A stretch of DNA of 64,000 nt from the NCBI GenBank assembly GCA_947507965.1, contig CANNQU010000008.1, positions 8,459 through 72,458 of the forward strand. The letters run 5' to 3'. How positions within the stretch are numbered: the stretch's first letter is position 1; each line of letters opens with the position of its first letter. The notes under the pieces were generated by a model, which was given only the letters and a program-made list of their open reading frames with translations, ran no database searches and had not been told where the DNA came from. The DNA is from Bacteroidota bacterium. GTDB taxonomy: Bacteria; Bacteroidota; Bacteroidia; UKL13-3. Positions 1 through 9,851 of the stretch are shown here, piece by piece. The translations under genes were made by a program, and so were the position numbers.

Positions 1-1
1 A

Positions 2-1150
2 TTAAATACAACGTCAATCACCACCTGCCAAGGTACACCCGTTACCCTTTCTGCCACAGGGGCCGTTTCATACGTCTGGAGTCCCTCCATTGGTCTAAAC
101 ACCGTTAGTGGTTCAACCGTCATCGCCTCTCCTTCCGTAACCACAAGATACCTTTGCACATTCATGGGAGCGAATAGCTGCACCGACACCATAAGTGTTT
201 TAGTTAATGTGAAACCCAAACCCATATTATCGGTTTCTGGAGATTTAATTATTTGCAACGGGGGAACGGCAGTACTAAGCGCAACTGGGGCAACAACCTT
301 CAGTTGGTATCTGGGAGCAACACTGGTTGGAACTAATTCTACCCTAAGTGTAACGCCTACGGCCCTTACCAACTATAAACTTAAAGGCACCCTTAACGGC
401 TGTTCCGACTCTATCACGGTTACGGTAACCGTCGTTACAAAACCCACGGTTATCGTGAGTGGCAGCCTTATTGTTTGTAAAGGCTCGAGTACTACGCTTA
501 TCGCCTCGGGCACTTCCACCTTTAAATGGTATAATGGCACTACACTTATAGGCAATAATGCATCCATCAGCCTAAATCCTACCATCAATACCACTTATAA
601 AGTAGTCGGACTTGTTGGCTTAGGTACGTGTACCGACTCAACGAACGTTACGGTGGTGGTGAACAATTTACCTACGATTACCATCAATCCGAATCCTGCA
701 AAAATTGCTGCAGGGCAATACACTACGCTTACGGCTTCAGGCGCTTCTTCTTATACCTGGTCTCCGGCTGCCGGCCTAAATAGTACCACTGGCGCCAGCG
801 TCATTGCTTCTCCTTTGATTACTACGGTTTATACGGTGACCGGTAAGGATGCCTTTAATTGTGATAATACCAATACCGTGACGGTTACTCTTGCAGCGGT
901 AGGGGTGGCTTATGTCTCTTCAACAGAAAAAGTTAGTATTCAGCCTAATCCTGCACAGAATGAAGTAGAAATTAATGTATCGAATGCTGGCCGGATAAAA
1001 CTTTATGATGTCACGGGCAAATTGGTTTTACAACATGATCTTCGTGCTGGAGCTTCTGTAATTTTGGTATCTCAACTTCCAAGAGGTATTTATACTGCTG
1101 AAATTTTATGTAATGAGAAAAAACACTATTCAAAATTAGTATTAAAATAA
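2..1150 (+). CDS. Secreted surface protein, 5'-truncated at the window edge. Tandem Ig-like modules plus a T9SS type-A C-terminal sorting domain.
   Basis: The frame is open from nt 2 (LNTTSITTCQGTPVTLSATG...), so the listed ATG at 164 is internal. Three ~75-aa modules share a C..G....L.A.GA..F/Y.W...C.D...V.V pattern. The C-terminus (KLYDVTGKLV...LPRGIYTAEI...SKLVLK) looks like a T9SS CTD. Confidence 0.8.
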   Translation, partial: LNTTSITTCQGTPVTLSATGAVSYVWSPSIGLNTVSGSTVIASPSVTTRYLCTFMGANSCTDTISVLVNVKPKPILSVSGDLIICNGGTAVLSATGATTFSWYLGATLVGTNSTLSVTPTALTNYKLKGTLNGCSDSITVTVTVVTKPTVIVSGSLIVCKGSSTTLIASGTSTFKWYNGTTLIGNNASISLNPTINTTYKVVGLVGLGTCTDSTNVTVVVNNLPTITINPNPAKIAAGQYTTLTASGASSYTWSPAAGLNSTTGASVIASPLITTVYTVTGKDAFNCDNTNTVTVTLAAVGVAYVSSTEKVSIQPNPAQNEVEINVSNAGRIKLYDVTGKLVLQHDLRAGASVILVSQLPRGIYTAEILCNEKKHYSKLVLK

Positions 1151-1170
1151 CTCACGGTACGATTAAAAAT

Positions 1171-1650
1171 ATGTCCACCAGAAAAATAATCGGTGTTCCC
1201 AAAACGGCTTCTCTGCAGAAGGCTTCTGCTATTAAAATCGGCATTGTGGTATCGCAATGGCATCACGATATTACCGATGTATTGCTTAGCGGGGCCCTGC
1301 TGTACTTAAAGTCACAGCGAATTACAACAAAAAACATACGCATTGATTTTGTTCCCGGAAGCTTTGAGTTGCCGCTTGGGGCTCAATGGCAGCTTGAGCA
1401 GGGGGTGGATGCTACCATCTGTTTGGGATGCGTGATAAAGGGAGAAACAAAGCATTTTGATTTTATTTGCAACGCCGTGGCTATGGGAATCAAAGATTTG
1501 AATTTGAAATTTTCGAAACCCGTGATGTTTGGTGTGCTCACGCCAAACACCTTAAAACAAGCCCAACAAAGGGCTGGTGGGAAGCACGGGAACAAAGGCC
1601 ACGATGCAGCGCAAGCGGCCGTTCAGATGTTGGTATTACAAGGAAAATAA
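1171..1650 (+). CDS. ribH: 6,7-dimethyl-8-ribityllumazine synthase
   Basis: 159 aa. Has VPGSFELP and KGETKHFDFICNAVAMGI...GVLT, typical of lumazine synthase. Confidence 0.93.
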   Translation: MSTRKIIGVPKTASLQKASAIKIGIVVSQWHHDITDVLLSGALLYLKSQRITTKNIRIDFVPGSFELPLGAQWQLEQGVDATICLGCVIKGETKHFDFICNAVAMGIKDLNLKFSKPVMFGVLTPNTLKQAQQRAGGKHGNKGHDAAQAAVQMLVLQGK

Positions 1651-1664
1651 TTCTTTTTTTACGT

Positions 1665-2609
1665 ATGGAAATTCGCTACCTCTCTCATGGTGTCACTGAA
1701 ACAGGGGGGTATCGACATGAGCTTTTTTTGGCTCAGGAACTGCATCGGGCTTTGCACCAGAGCACCTTCGTATTGCTTCGGCAAAGAAAAATTTTTTCGA
1801 GTTTAAATCATACTAAATTACAGTGGTGGGCATTCAAAAACGCCAATGCTGCGATCTTGGTTATTACCGTTCGACTAGCCTTGGTAACATTACTGAGAAA
1901 TGCTTTTACGAACAATAGAATCTATATTGTTTTGCATAATTATGATGAAAAGGACAGAAAACCAAAAATACTGGCACTTTACTATTTCTTACTGTTTAAC
2001 GTTATCTCGTGTTTCCATAAGAGGGTTCGTGTGGTGGCCGTTGCGCCCTTCTTTCAAGCGTATTTTGAACAGAAATTAAAACGCAAAATCTATCTTTTCC
2101 CTAACTTTTTTGACACCTCTTTACTTTCAAAATTTAAAACCCCAAACAAGCAAAATAGAATTCATTTGGGGCAGTGGTCTACTAAAAACAGTGGTGACGT
2201 TTTTGATTTGGCTCAACGTTTAACGAACCAAGGAATACACTGTTATTTCAGCACCTTAGATGCACGTTTAGCCCAGCGAAAAGACCACTACGAAATCGTT
2301 TCCTTTGATCGCTATGAATCCTATCTGGTGTATATGGCTGAAAGTAAATTCACTCTTGCTTTTCCAGCAATAAATGAAGGGTGGAACAGGGTAGCGCATG
2401 AAAGCGTTTTGGTAGGCACCACCGTCATCGGGTTTAAAAAAGGAGGTCTTGGAAATTTATTAGAAGAATCAACAATGTTTATGGTTGACCATTACGATGA
2501 GGCTTTGAAAATAATCTTAGAGGACAAACACGCTGAAACCTCCTTACAATTTATAGCGAAATATGACATTAAAAATGCGAACACCTTTACGTCCAAGATG
2601 CTTGCATGA
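1665..2609 (+). CDS. Hypothetical protein, possibly a GT-B fold (GT4-like) glycosyltransferase
   Basis: The track ORF 1467-2609 overlaps ribH. I take the internal ATG at 1665 (MEIRYLSHG...), just after the ribH stop. The C-terminal EGWNRVAHESVLVGTTVIG resembles the E-x7-E motif of GT4 enzymes. Confidence 0.55.
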   Translation: MEIRYLSHGVTETGGYRHELFLAQELHRALHQSTFVLLRQRKIFSSLNHTKLQWWAFKNANAAILVITVRLALVTLLRNAFTNNRIYIVLHNYDEKDRKPKILALYYFLLFNVISCFHKRVRVVAVAPFFQAYFEQKLKRKIYLFPNFFDTSLLSKFKTPNKQNRIHLGQWSTKNSGDVFDLAQRLTNQGIHCYFSTLDARLAQRKDHYEIVSFDRYESYLVYMAESKFTLAFPAINEGWNRVAHESVLVGTTVIGFKKGGLGNLLEESTMFMVDHYDEALKIILEDKHAETSLQFIAKYDIKNANTFTSKMLA

Positions 2610-2620
2610 AGGTATAAAAA

Positions 2621-3679
2621 TTAATCTTTTACAAAGTCCATTCTAAATTTCTCACGACGAAATTGCGATAACGGCAGTGGCTTCGCACTATTTTGGTGCT
2701 CGTTATGGCGTGTTCTAAAAACATCGATAGCCGTATATACCGCGTTTCTAAAACTTGTTTCATTGGCGATTCCTTTTCCTGCTATATCGAAGGCCGTACC
2801 ATGATCAGGACTGGTGCGAATAACTGGCAAGGCTGCAGTGAAATTCACACCACTTTCAAAAGCCATGGCCTTAAAGGGTATTAAACCCTGATCGTGATAC
2901 ATGGCAAGCACCACGTCGAACTGTTGAAAGGCTTTAGTGCCAAAGAAACCATCGGCACTATAACATCCATAAACAACGATCTTTTCGTCTTTTGCTTTTT
3001 GAATCGCCGGAAGTATGATCGTTTGTTCTTCTTTTCCTATGGCTCCTTTATCGCCCGCATGTGGATTTAAACCCAGTACGGCTATTTTAGGATTTGCAAT
3101 ACCAAAATCGTTTTTTAGCGTTTTATAAATTGTTTTTATCTTGTCGTAAACTTTTTGAATGGTAATGTGCTGGCCGATCTCTGTTATCGGAATGTGCTCG
3201 GTAACCAAGGCTACTTTTAACTCTTCACTGAGCAGCATCATGGCATGGTTTTCTACTCCAAACTCTTTGGCAATATAACCGGTATGCCCGATAAACCCTT
3301 CCAATGGAATATTGGCCTTACTTAATGGTGCTGTTACTAATGCATCTATCTTTCCACTCTTTAAATCGGCCACAGCGGCTTGTAAAGAAAGTAGTGCATA
3401 TTTCCCTCCTGTTTCGTTTTCCTCGCCAAGTTTTATTTCCACCTCTTCCTCCCAAGTATAAACCATGTTTACTTTACGTGGCAATGCCTGATCAGCACTT
3501 TTAATACCGTTATAATTAAACTCGGTAAGGTTTAATGCCTTTTTATGAAACCCCAGTGTTTTGCTCCCACAATAAATTATAGGAGTACAAAGCTCTGTCA
3601 TGGAAGGATTACTGAAAGTTTTTAGAATTACCTCCAACCCTATTCCGTTTATGTCGCCAACACTAATGCCAATTTTCAT
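2621..3679 (-). CDS. pdxA: 4-hydroxythreonine-4-phosphate dehydrogenase
   Basis: MKIGISVGDINGIGLEV..., NPHAGDKGAIGKEE, YHDQGLIPFK and TSPDHGTAFDIAGKG. Start chosen at MKIGIS (3679) rather than the upstream ATG at 3709. Confidence 0.9.
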   Translation of the reverse strand: MKIGISVGDINGIGLEVILKTFSNPSMTELCTPIIYCGSKTLGFHKKALNLTEFNYNGIKSADQALPRKVNMVYTWEEEVEIKLGEENETGGKYALLSLQAAVADLKSGKIDALVTAPLSKANIPLEGFIGHTGYIAKEFGVENHAMMLLSEELKVALVTEHIPITEIGQHITIQKVYDKIKTIYKTLKNDFGIANPKIAVLGLNPHAGDKGAIGKEEQTIILPAIQKAKDEKIVVYGCYSADGFFGTKAFQQFDVVLAMYHDQGLIPFKAMAFESGVNFTAALPVIRTSPDHGTAFDIAGKGIANETSFRNAVYTAIDVFRTRHNEHQNSAKPLPLSQFRREKFRMDFVKD

Positions 3680-3804
3680 ACATGCAAAAATACGACTTGG
3701 AAATAACATACGCCCGAGGTATTAATTTGCCCTAATTTTACTGCTCTTTTCTGGGAAAGCAACAGATACAAAGCATCGTAAATATCAGAAATCAATAACA
3801 TCGC

Positions 3805-4263
3805 TTATACTCCAAATTGAGAGAGGTGGTGGTTTACGTGTTTGTAAAGCATATTATTCCATTCCGTTATATTTAACGCACCGAAGGAGTGAGACTCCTT
3901 GTTGTCGAAATATTTTTCGCCCAACGCCTGCGTTTGGGTAATGTACTTAATGAGTCGTCGTTTTTCTTCCTCCAGGTTCTTCGTTTCTTTGATAAGAAAC
4001 GCTGGGCCGGTACGGCTATTTGCACTATATGGCGTTTCGCCTACTACCGTTTTTTTAACAAACTTCTTTAAGATAAATTTCAAGACCAAATTCGGTTTGG
4101 GATGTTTGTTTTCATAAATCAATTCATACGTTACACTACAATGAGCAAGCATCTGTGCCACACTCATTATTCCCCACTGAGCTTGAGATTCGGGGGTTAG
4201 GGTTTGGATTCGGCGAATGATATTCTCTGAAACCTCTTGGGTGAAGATATTGGGTAATGCCAT
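3805..4263 (-). CDS. DUF1569 / DinB-superfamily protein
   Basis: 152 aa. The N-terminal pattern ...IIRRIQTLTPESQAQWGIMSVAQMLAHCSVTYE... matches my memory of DUF1569 proteins. Confidence 0.7.
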   Translation of the reverse strand: MALPNIFTQEVSENIIRRIQTLTPESQAQWGIMSVAQMLAHCSVTYELIYENKHPKPNLVLKFILKKFVKKTVVGETPYSANSRTGPAFLIKETKNLEEEKRRLIKYITQTQALGEKYFDNKESHSFGALNITEWNNMLYKHVNHHLSQFGV

Positions 4264-4461
4264 AATTTATTAAACTACGAAAGTACTTTAATTTTATCGA
4301 TTCGCTCGGATGAAAAAACAGCCTTACCCGACGAGTTTGAAAACAACATGAATAATTTTTGATATCAACGTGGTAATTTTTAAACACTACGTGTGTTTTA
4401 TGTCTTCATTGTGGTATATTTTAATCATAATAAAAAGTTTTTCTAAACAAAAAACAATTGA

Positions 4462-4469
4462 TATCTTTG
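4462..4469 (+). promoter_or_regulatory. Candidate Bacteroidota -7 promoter box (TATCTTTG) for the hipBA pair
   Basis: Exact match to TAnnTTTG, 39 nt upstream of the ATG at 4508. It lies inside a 19-bp repeat (see findings). Confidence 0.45.
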
Positions 4470-4507
4470 TGGTAATAATCATACGTTAATGCACCAATAA
4501 TATATCA

Positions 4508-4855
4508 ATGATGGATAACAGCAACATTTATGCGTACACCGATATCGCCTTGGTTGAGCAATTGGGTAGCTTTATAAAAATGGCCAGGCTCAACCTTAAT
4601 AAAACACAGCAAGAAATAGCCAACATTGCCGGCATAGATCGTACCACCGTGAGCTTGATTGAAAATGGAAAAGGAGGAAACATCCTTACGTTTATTCAAT
4701 TACTGCGTGCCGTAGATCAACTGCCACTGCTTACCCATTTTAAAATGTACGACCAGATTAGCCCTATTCTGTTGGCCGCCAACGAAAAAAACGTGCGTTA
4801 CCGTGCCACTAAAACATCGATAAAAAACAAGAACAACGCTAAAAGTGATTGGTAA
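4508..4855 (+). CDS. hipB: XRE-family helix-turn-helix antitoxin (HipB-like)
   Basis: 115 aa. HTH segment LNKTQQEIANIAGIDRTTVSLIENGK. The stop overlaps the next gene's ATG (TAATG). Confidence 0.8.
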   Translation: MMDNSNIYAYTDIALVEQLGSFIKMARLNLNKTQQEIANIAGIDRTTVSLIENGKGGNILTFIQLLRAVDQLPLLTHFKMYDQISPILLAANEKNVRYRATKTSIKNKNNAKSDW

Positions 4856-6150
4856 TGATAACGACTGCAAATGTAATGCTATGGGGTAAAAGAATTGGGG
4901 TCGTCGCCTGGAATAGCGAACAGCGCTTGGGCACATTTGAATTTACCAAAGCGTACGATGAGCAGCCCTGGGATATCGCTCCGTTGATGATGCCCAAAAG
5001 GCAGAAAAGAATTTTTGGTTTTTTAGAACTCAAAAACAACAATACGTATAAAGGCTTACCTGGATTGTTAGCCGATGTGCTGCCCGATCAATATGGGAGT
5101 GCCCTAATCAACGCTTGGCTCGGTGCCGCGGGTCGCCCCACCAACAGCTTGAATCCGGTAGAATTGCTTTGCTATATTGGCAATAGGGGCATGGGGGCAA
5201 TGGAGTTTGAACCTACCTTAACAGAACCAAATACGAAAGCAATAAAATTAGAAGTTGATGGCTTGGTAACCATCGCGCAGCGTATCTTAAACCAACGAAA
5301 CGCATTTAAAACCAACCTGAAAAAAGAAACCGAGAAAGGCTTATTAGACCTCATTACCGTAGGTACTTCTGCTGGAGGTACAAGGGCAAAGGCAATCATT
5401 GCCTATAACGAAAAAACAGGTGAAGTGCGCTCTGGCCAAACCAATGCTCCTCGTGGATTTAAACAATGGCTCATTAAGTTTGACGGTGTCACCGATGTAG
5501 AATTGGGTGGCTCCCATGGTTTTGGCAGGGTGGAGATGGCTTACCATTTAATGGCAAAAGCGTGTCGTATTACCATGAGTGAATGTCGCTTGTTGGAAGA
5601 ACACGGCAGGGCACATTTTATGACCCGAAGATTCGACCGAGAGGCGAATGCAAAGCTTCATTTGCAAAGCCTTTGTGCAATGGCTCATTTTGATTTTGAA
5701 AAGGTGGGGGTATATAGTTACGAGCAAGTTTTTGAAGTGATGCGAAGGCTGCGCCTACCCTACCAGGATGCCGAACAACAATATCGCCGTATGGTGTTTA
5801 ATGTTTTAGCGCGCAACTGCGATGATCACACGAAAAACATTGCTTTTCTAATGCATCCTAATGGGGTATGGAGCTTATCGCCAGCCTACGATTTATGCTA
5901 CGCCTATCGCCCAGGCAGCCCTTGGGTAAGTATGCAGTCGTTGCGTGTTAACGGCAAACGCGAAAATATTACAATCGAAGATTTTATAGCCGTAGCTAAA
6001 AAAATGAATATAAAAAAGCCGAATGAAATAATCACTCAAATTCAAAATGTACTTAAGCAATGGAAAACGTTTGCGAAGGAGGTAGGGGTTGAAAAAAAAT
6101 TAATCGATTCGATAGACAAGACGTTGGTGCTCCGTTTTGATAGCCATTAA
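4855..6150 (+). CDS. hipA: HipA-family serine/threonine kinase toxin (type II TA)
   Basis: N-terminal HipA coupling-domain pattern (VMLWGKRIGVVAW...) and a C-terminal kinase core with ARNCDDHTKNIAFLM. The track start at 4849 is TTG; I prefer the ATG at 4855. Confidence 0.85.
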   Translation: MITTANVMLWGKRIGVVAWNSEQRLGTFEFTKAYDEQPWDIAPLMMPKRQKRIFGFLELKNNNTYKGLPGLLADVLPDQYGSALINAWLGAAGRPTNSLNPVELLCYIGNRGMGAMEFEPTLTEPNTKAIKLEVDGLVTIAQRILNQRNAFKTNLKKETEKGLLDLITVGTSAGGTRAKAIIAYNEKTGEVRSGQTNAPRGFKQWLIKFDGVTDVELGGSHGFGRVEMAYHLMAKACRITMSECRLLEEHGRAHFMTRRFDREANAKLHLQSLCAMAHFDFEKVGVYSYEQVFEVMRRLRLPYQDAEQQYRRMVFNVLARNCDDHTKNIAFLMHPNGVWSLSPAYDLCYAYRPGSPWVSMQSLRVNGKRENITIEDFIAVAKKMNIKKPNEIITQIQNVLKQWKTFAKEVGVEKKLIDSIDKTLVLRFDSH

Positions 6151-6231
6151 AAGAAACCTCGAAAGGGGCATCCACCCCACCTTGCTCCATTACCATTGGT
6201 GGCTTTTATAGGTACCCATAAAATGTGTATT

Positions 6232-8184
6232 CTAATTCAAAATCGCGCTGGCCTCGTTCTTCGTGGGTGATATTATTACTGCTAATTTCCGAACCGCTTC
6301 CTCAATGGCCTTATGATCATAACCGCATTCACTCCAGAGTTGAGGCTGTTCGCCATGCTCAATAATTTTATCGGGTATTCCTAATCTAACCACTTCGGCA
6401 GATAAATTATGATCGGCCATAAATTCTAAAATGGCAGCACCAAATCCTCCTTCGATACAACCGTCTTCTACCGTTATTATCTTTTTGTATTTCGCGAAAA
6501 TTTCGTGTAAGAGTGTCGCATCTAACGGCTTTGCGAACCGCATATCATAATGCCCAATAGCGAGGCCTTCCTTTTCTAAATTTTGAATGGCTTTCACGGC
6601 TTCGTTTCCAATATGACCTAAGCTCAGAATAGCAATCTCCGTTCCTTCCTTCAATTTTTTTCCTGATCCTATTTCCAATAATTGAAATGGCGTTTTCCAT
6701 TCCGGCATTACACCATTACCACGTGGGTAGCGTATCACAAACGGCAACCGGTTGCTTTCATGTTGTGCTGTAAACATGAGGTTGCGCAGCTCCTCTTCGT
6801 TCATGGGTGCACTAACAATCAAATTCGGAATACAGCGCATAAACGCAATATCATACGCTCCGTGGTGGGTTGGGCCATCGGCTCCCGCTACCCCTGCCCT
6901 ATCCAAACAAAATACGACTTTTAATTTTTGAATGGCCACATCGTGCACCACCTGATCGTAGGCTCGTTGCATGAAAGAAGAATAAATATTACAAAATGGA
7001 ACCAACCCTTGGGAAGCCAATCCTGCAGAGAAAGTAACGGCATGTTGTTCGGCAATTCCCACATCAAAAGCACGATCTGGCATCGCTTTCATCATAATAT
7101 TTAATGATGAGCCGCTGGGCATGGCTGGCGTAATTCCTATAATCTTATCATTTTGTTCGGCTAACGCTACCATCGTATGGCCAAATACATCTTGGTATTT
7201 TGGAGGTTGGGGCGTTGCGTAGGTTGTCTTATAAATTTCTCCGGTTACCTTATCGAACAATCCGGGTGAATGCCATTTTGTTTGATCTTTTTCAGCCAAG
7301 GCATATCCTTTTCCTTTTACCGTGTTTATATGCAACAGTTTTGGGCCCGGTATGTTTTTTAGATCTTTTAAAACGGCCACCATGTGCGACACGTCGTGCC
7401 CATCGATGGGGCCGAAATAACGAAATCGTAAGGCTTCAAATAAATTGCTTTGTTTTATCAGCGTTGATTTTAAAGAAGCCTGAATTTTCGAGCCAATATC
7501 CTGAGCGGTTTTACCTCCAAGATTTTTTAGTGCACCGAGTAAATTCCAAACCTCATCTTTCACTTTATTGTATGTCGGCGATGTGGTGATGTCGGTAAGA
7601 TACTCCTTCAAAGCACCTACATTGGGGTCAATGCTCATGCAGTTATCATTTAAAATAACGAGCAAATTTGATTTTTCGATGCCGGCATGATTCATTGCCT
7701 CAAAGGCCAAACCGGCCGTCATGGCTCCATCGCCGATGATGGCAATATGCTGACGATCTTTCTCACCTTTATAATGGCTGGCTACCGCCATCCCTAATGC
7801 AGCGGAGATAGAGGTGCTACTATGCCCTACGCCAAAGGAATCATATTCGCTTTCGCTTCTTTTGGGGAACCCGCTTAATCCGTTATACACACGATTCGTA
7901 TAAAACGCATCGCGTCGGCCGGTTAAAATTTTGTGCCCATAGGCTTGGTGTCCCACGTCCCAAACCAATTGATCGTAAGGGGTATTAAATACATAGTGTA
8001 GGGCTACCGTTAATTCTACCACACCCAAGCTCGACCCGAAATGCCCCCCATACACCGAAACGACATCGATAATATATTGTCGTAGCTCCTGACTTATCTT
8101 TACCAAGTCGCTCTCCTTGAATTTTTTTAAGTCGTCGGGAGAATTAATCTGACTTAATAATTTTCCTGCTTTAATGTCCATCAT
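6232..8184 (-). CDS. dxs: 1-deoxy-D-xylulose-5-phosphate synthase
   Basis: GHSSTSISAALGMA and GDGAMTAG (TPP motif), with transketolase-like middle and C-terminal domains. The start is uncertain (8226, 8184 or 8181). Confidence 0.92.
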   Translation of the reverse strand: MMDIKAGKLLSQINSPDDLKKFKESDLVKISQELRQYIIDVVSVYGGHFGSSLGVVELTVALHYVFNTPYDQLVWDVGHQAYGHKILTGRRDAFYTNRVYNGLSGFPKRSESEYDSFGVGHSSTSISAALGMAVASHYKGEKDRQHIAIIGDGAMTAGLAFEAMNHAGIEKSNLLVILNDNCMSIDPNVGALKEYLTDITTSPTYNKVKDEVWNLLGALKNLGGKTAQDIGSKIQASLKSTLIKQSNLFEALRFRYFGPIDGHDVSHMVAVLKDLKNIPGPKLLHINTVKGKGYALAEKDQTKWHSPGLFDKVTGEIYKTTYATPQPPKYQDVFGHTMVALAEQNDKIIGITPAMPSGSSLNIMMKAMPDRAFDVGIAEQHAVTFSAGLASQGLVPFCNIYSSFMQRAYDQVVHDVAIQKLKVVFCLDRAGVAGADGPTHHGAYDIAFMRCIPNLIVSAPMNEEELRNLMFTAQHESNRLPFVIRYPRGNGVMPEWKTPFQLLEIGSGKKLKEGTEIAILSLGHIGNEAVKAIQNLEKEGLAIGHYDMRFAKPLDATLLHEIFAKYKKIITVEDGCIEGGFGAAILEFMADHNLSAEVVRLGIPDKIIEHGEQPQLWSECGYDHKAIEEAVRKLAVIISPTKNEASAILN

Positions 8185-8415
8185 GTGAAAAAAACGTGTA
8201 AATTTAATGCTTTTTTTAATAGCCATGAACGAATACTGCTTAAAAGGTTCTTATAATTAACAATTCGTGCTTTTCTCTTCAAAATTGATAATGTTTTGCA
8301 CATCTCCTGGGTATACTATTTATGATGATAGCACTTCAGCTATACGTTTCAAACGCTTGCTTCTGATTATTTATTTGTTTTTCTTGCACAAACCTTCTAT
8401 TTAGAATTAATTTAC

Positions 8416-8445
8416 TTTGGATTTTTGTTTTTCCCTCTATCTTTG
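8416..8445 (+). promoter_or_regulatory. Candidate promoter of the nuo operon (-33 TTTG, -7 TATCTTTG)
   Basis: TTTG at 8416-8419, an 18-nt spacer, then TATCTTTG at 8438-8445, 20 nt upstream of the nuoA ATG. Confidence 0.5.
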
Positions 8446-8464
8446 CGCAAAATAAAAAAGAGTT

Positions 8465-8815
8465 ATGGGTGCCTCTTCATTAATAGTTCTCGCTATTGCA
8501 GCTATTGTTTTTGCTGCTGGTGCTATTGCAATTGCCAAAATATTTGTTACCGGCTCCACCAATCCACAAAAAGGACAGGCTTATGAGAGTGGCATTAAAT
8601 CGCAAGGAACCGTTTGGGCACAATTTAACGTGGGTTATTATTTGTTTGCCTTGGTTTTTTTGGTATTCGATGTCGAACTTATCTTCATTTATCCTTGGGC
8701 TGTAGTAGTAAAACGGGTAGGCATAGCCGCATTAATTGAAATTGTAATATTTGTTTTCATATTGTTTATGGGACTTTTGTACGCACACAAAAAAGGAGCA
8801 TTAAAATGGATGTAA
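8465..8815 (+). CDS. nuoA: NADH-quinone oxidoreductase subunit A
   Basis: 116 aa with 3 TM segments and YESGI...[12 protein letters not shown]. Confidence 0.9.
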   Translation: MGASSLIVLAIAAIVFAAGAIAIAKIFVTGSTNPQKGQAYESGIKSQGTVWAQFNVGYYLFALVFLVFDVELIFIYPWAVVVKRVGIAALIEIVIFVFILFMGLLYAHKKGALKWM

Positions 8816-9339
8816 AAGGAAATTCATCGCAATTGTCATTTCCTGGACAAATACATGAAACACCCGGTGGTGGTATCGTGTTAAGTAAATTGGACGACAT
8901 CGTGAACTGGGCACGTTCTAACTCTCTATGGCCTCTCACCTTTGCCACAAGCTGTTGTGGCATAGAAATGATGTCGGTAGCCTCTGCAAAATATGATTTT
9001 TCCAGATTTGGTTTTGAAGTGGCCCGGGCTTCTCCGCGGCAGGCGGATGTAATCATCATTGCAGGTACCATTGTAAATAAAATGGCTCCCGTTTTAAAAC
9101 GATTATACGATCAGATGGCCGACCCGAAATATGTGATTGCCATGGGCGCCTGTGCTATCAGTGGGGGACCGTTCTTTTACAATACCTATTCGGTGGTGAA
9201 AGGCGCCGATCATGTGATTCCTGTTGATGTATATATTGCAGGTTGCCCACCGCGGCCCGAAGCTTTATTACACGCACTCATTTCGTTACAGGAAAAAATA
9301 AAAAGCGGGGCAACAATAGAACAAATAAAAAAGCCGTAA
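8806..9339 (+). CDS. nuoB: NADH-quinone oxidoreductase subunit B
   Basis: [27 protein letters not shown] and [10 protein letters not shown] (N2 cluster cysteines). Confidence 0.95.
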   Translation: MDVKGNSSQLSFPGQIHETPGGGIVLSKLDDIVNWARSNSLWPLTFATSCCGIEMMSVASAKYDFSRFGFEVARASPRQADVIIIAGTIVNKMAPVLKRLYDQMADPKYVIAMGACAISGGPFFYNTYSVVKGADHVIPVDVYIAGCPPRPEALLHALISLQEKIKSGATIEQIKKP

Positions 9340-9394
9340 AAAAATAAACGTGAGGGGGTAGTTGACATGCTGATAAATGTATTTTTGAAATACA

Positions 9395-9850
9395 ATGAAT
9401 AACGAGGATTTAAAAAATAAAATTACAGAATTATTTCCAACAGCCACTTTCGAAGAAGGGGGTGAATGGGTTAACATTTTTATTGATCCTGCCCAATGGA
9501 AAACGATAGCCGAACGATTACGAACAACCAACGAACTCGCTTTCGATTATCTGTTCTGCCTCACCTGTGTCGACTGGAAAACACATTTCACAATGGTTTA
9601 TCACTTGTCGTCCACCATCCATCGTCATGCTCTTGTTCTTAAAATAAAACTCGAGCGTTCGAATCCGGAGGTTGAAACCGTTTGTGATCTTTGGAGAACG
9701 GCAGAGTTGCACGAAAGAGAGGTATATGACTTGTTTGGTGTGACGTTTTTAAATCACCCCGATTTACGAAGACTGTTTTTAACGGATGACTTCATAGGAT
9801 ATCCTTTAAGAAAAGACTTTGAAGATCCTATTAACATGATAAAACTATAA
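9395..9850 (+). CDS. nuoC: NADH-quinone oxidoreductase subunit C
   Basis: 151 aa with HEREVYDLFGVTFLNHPDLRRL. Confidence 0.9.
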   Translation: MNNEDLKNKITELFPTATFEEGGEWVNIFIDPAQWKTIAERLRTTNELAFDYLFCLTCVDWKTHFTMVYHLSSTIHRHALVLKIKLERSNPEVETVCDLWRTAELHEREVYDLFGVTFLNHPDLRRLFLTDDFIGYPLRKDFEDPINMIKL

Positions 9851-9851
9851 G

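Noticed and set aside
1151-1170. FMN riboswitch upstream of ribH
   Set aside because: Only 20 nt separate ribH from the preceding stop codon, which leaves no room for an RFN element.
1467-1664. N-terminal extension of the 380-aa ORF overlapping ribH
   Set aside because: It overlaps the well-supported ribH frame by about 185 nt. The internal ATG at 1665, right after the ribH stop, gives a sensible gene.
4136-4387. 83-aa minus-strand ORF overlapping the DUF1569 gene start and the hipB upstream region
   Set aside because: It overlaps a better-supported gene in another frame, and its product is low-complexity (NPNPNP).
4508-6150. hipBA as part of a mobile or defence island
   Set aside because: No integrase, transposase, flanking direct repeats or tRNA target are visible. 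The neighbours are housekeeping genes (pdxA, dxs).
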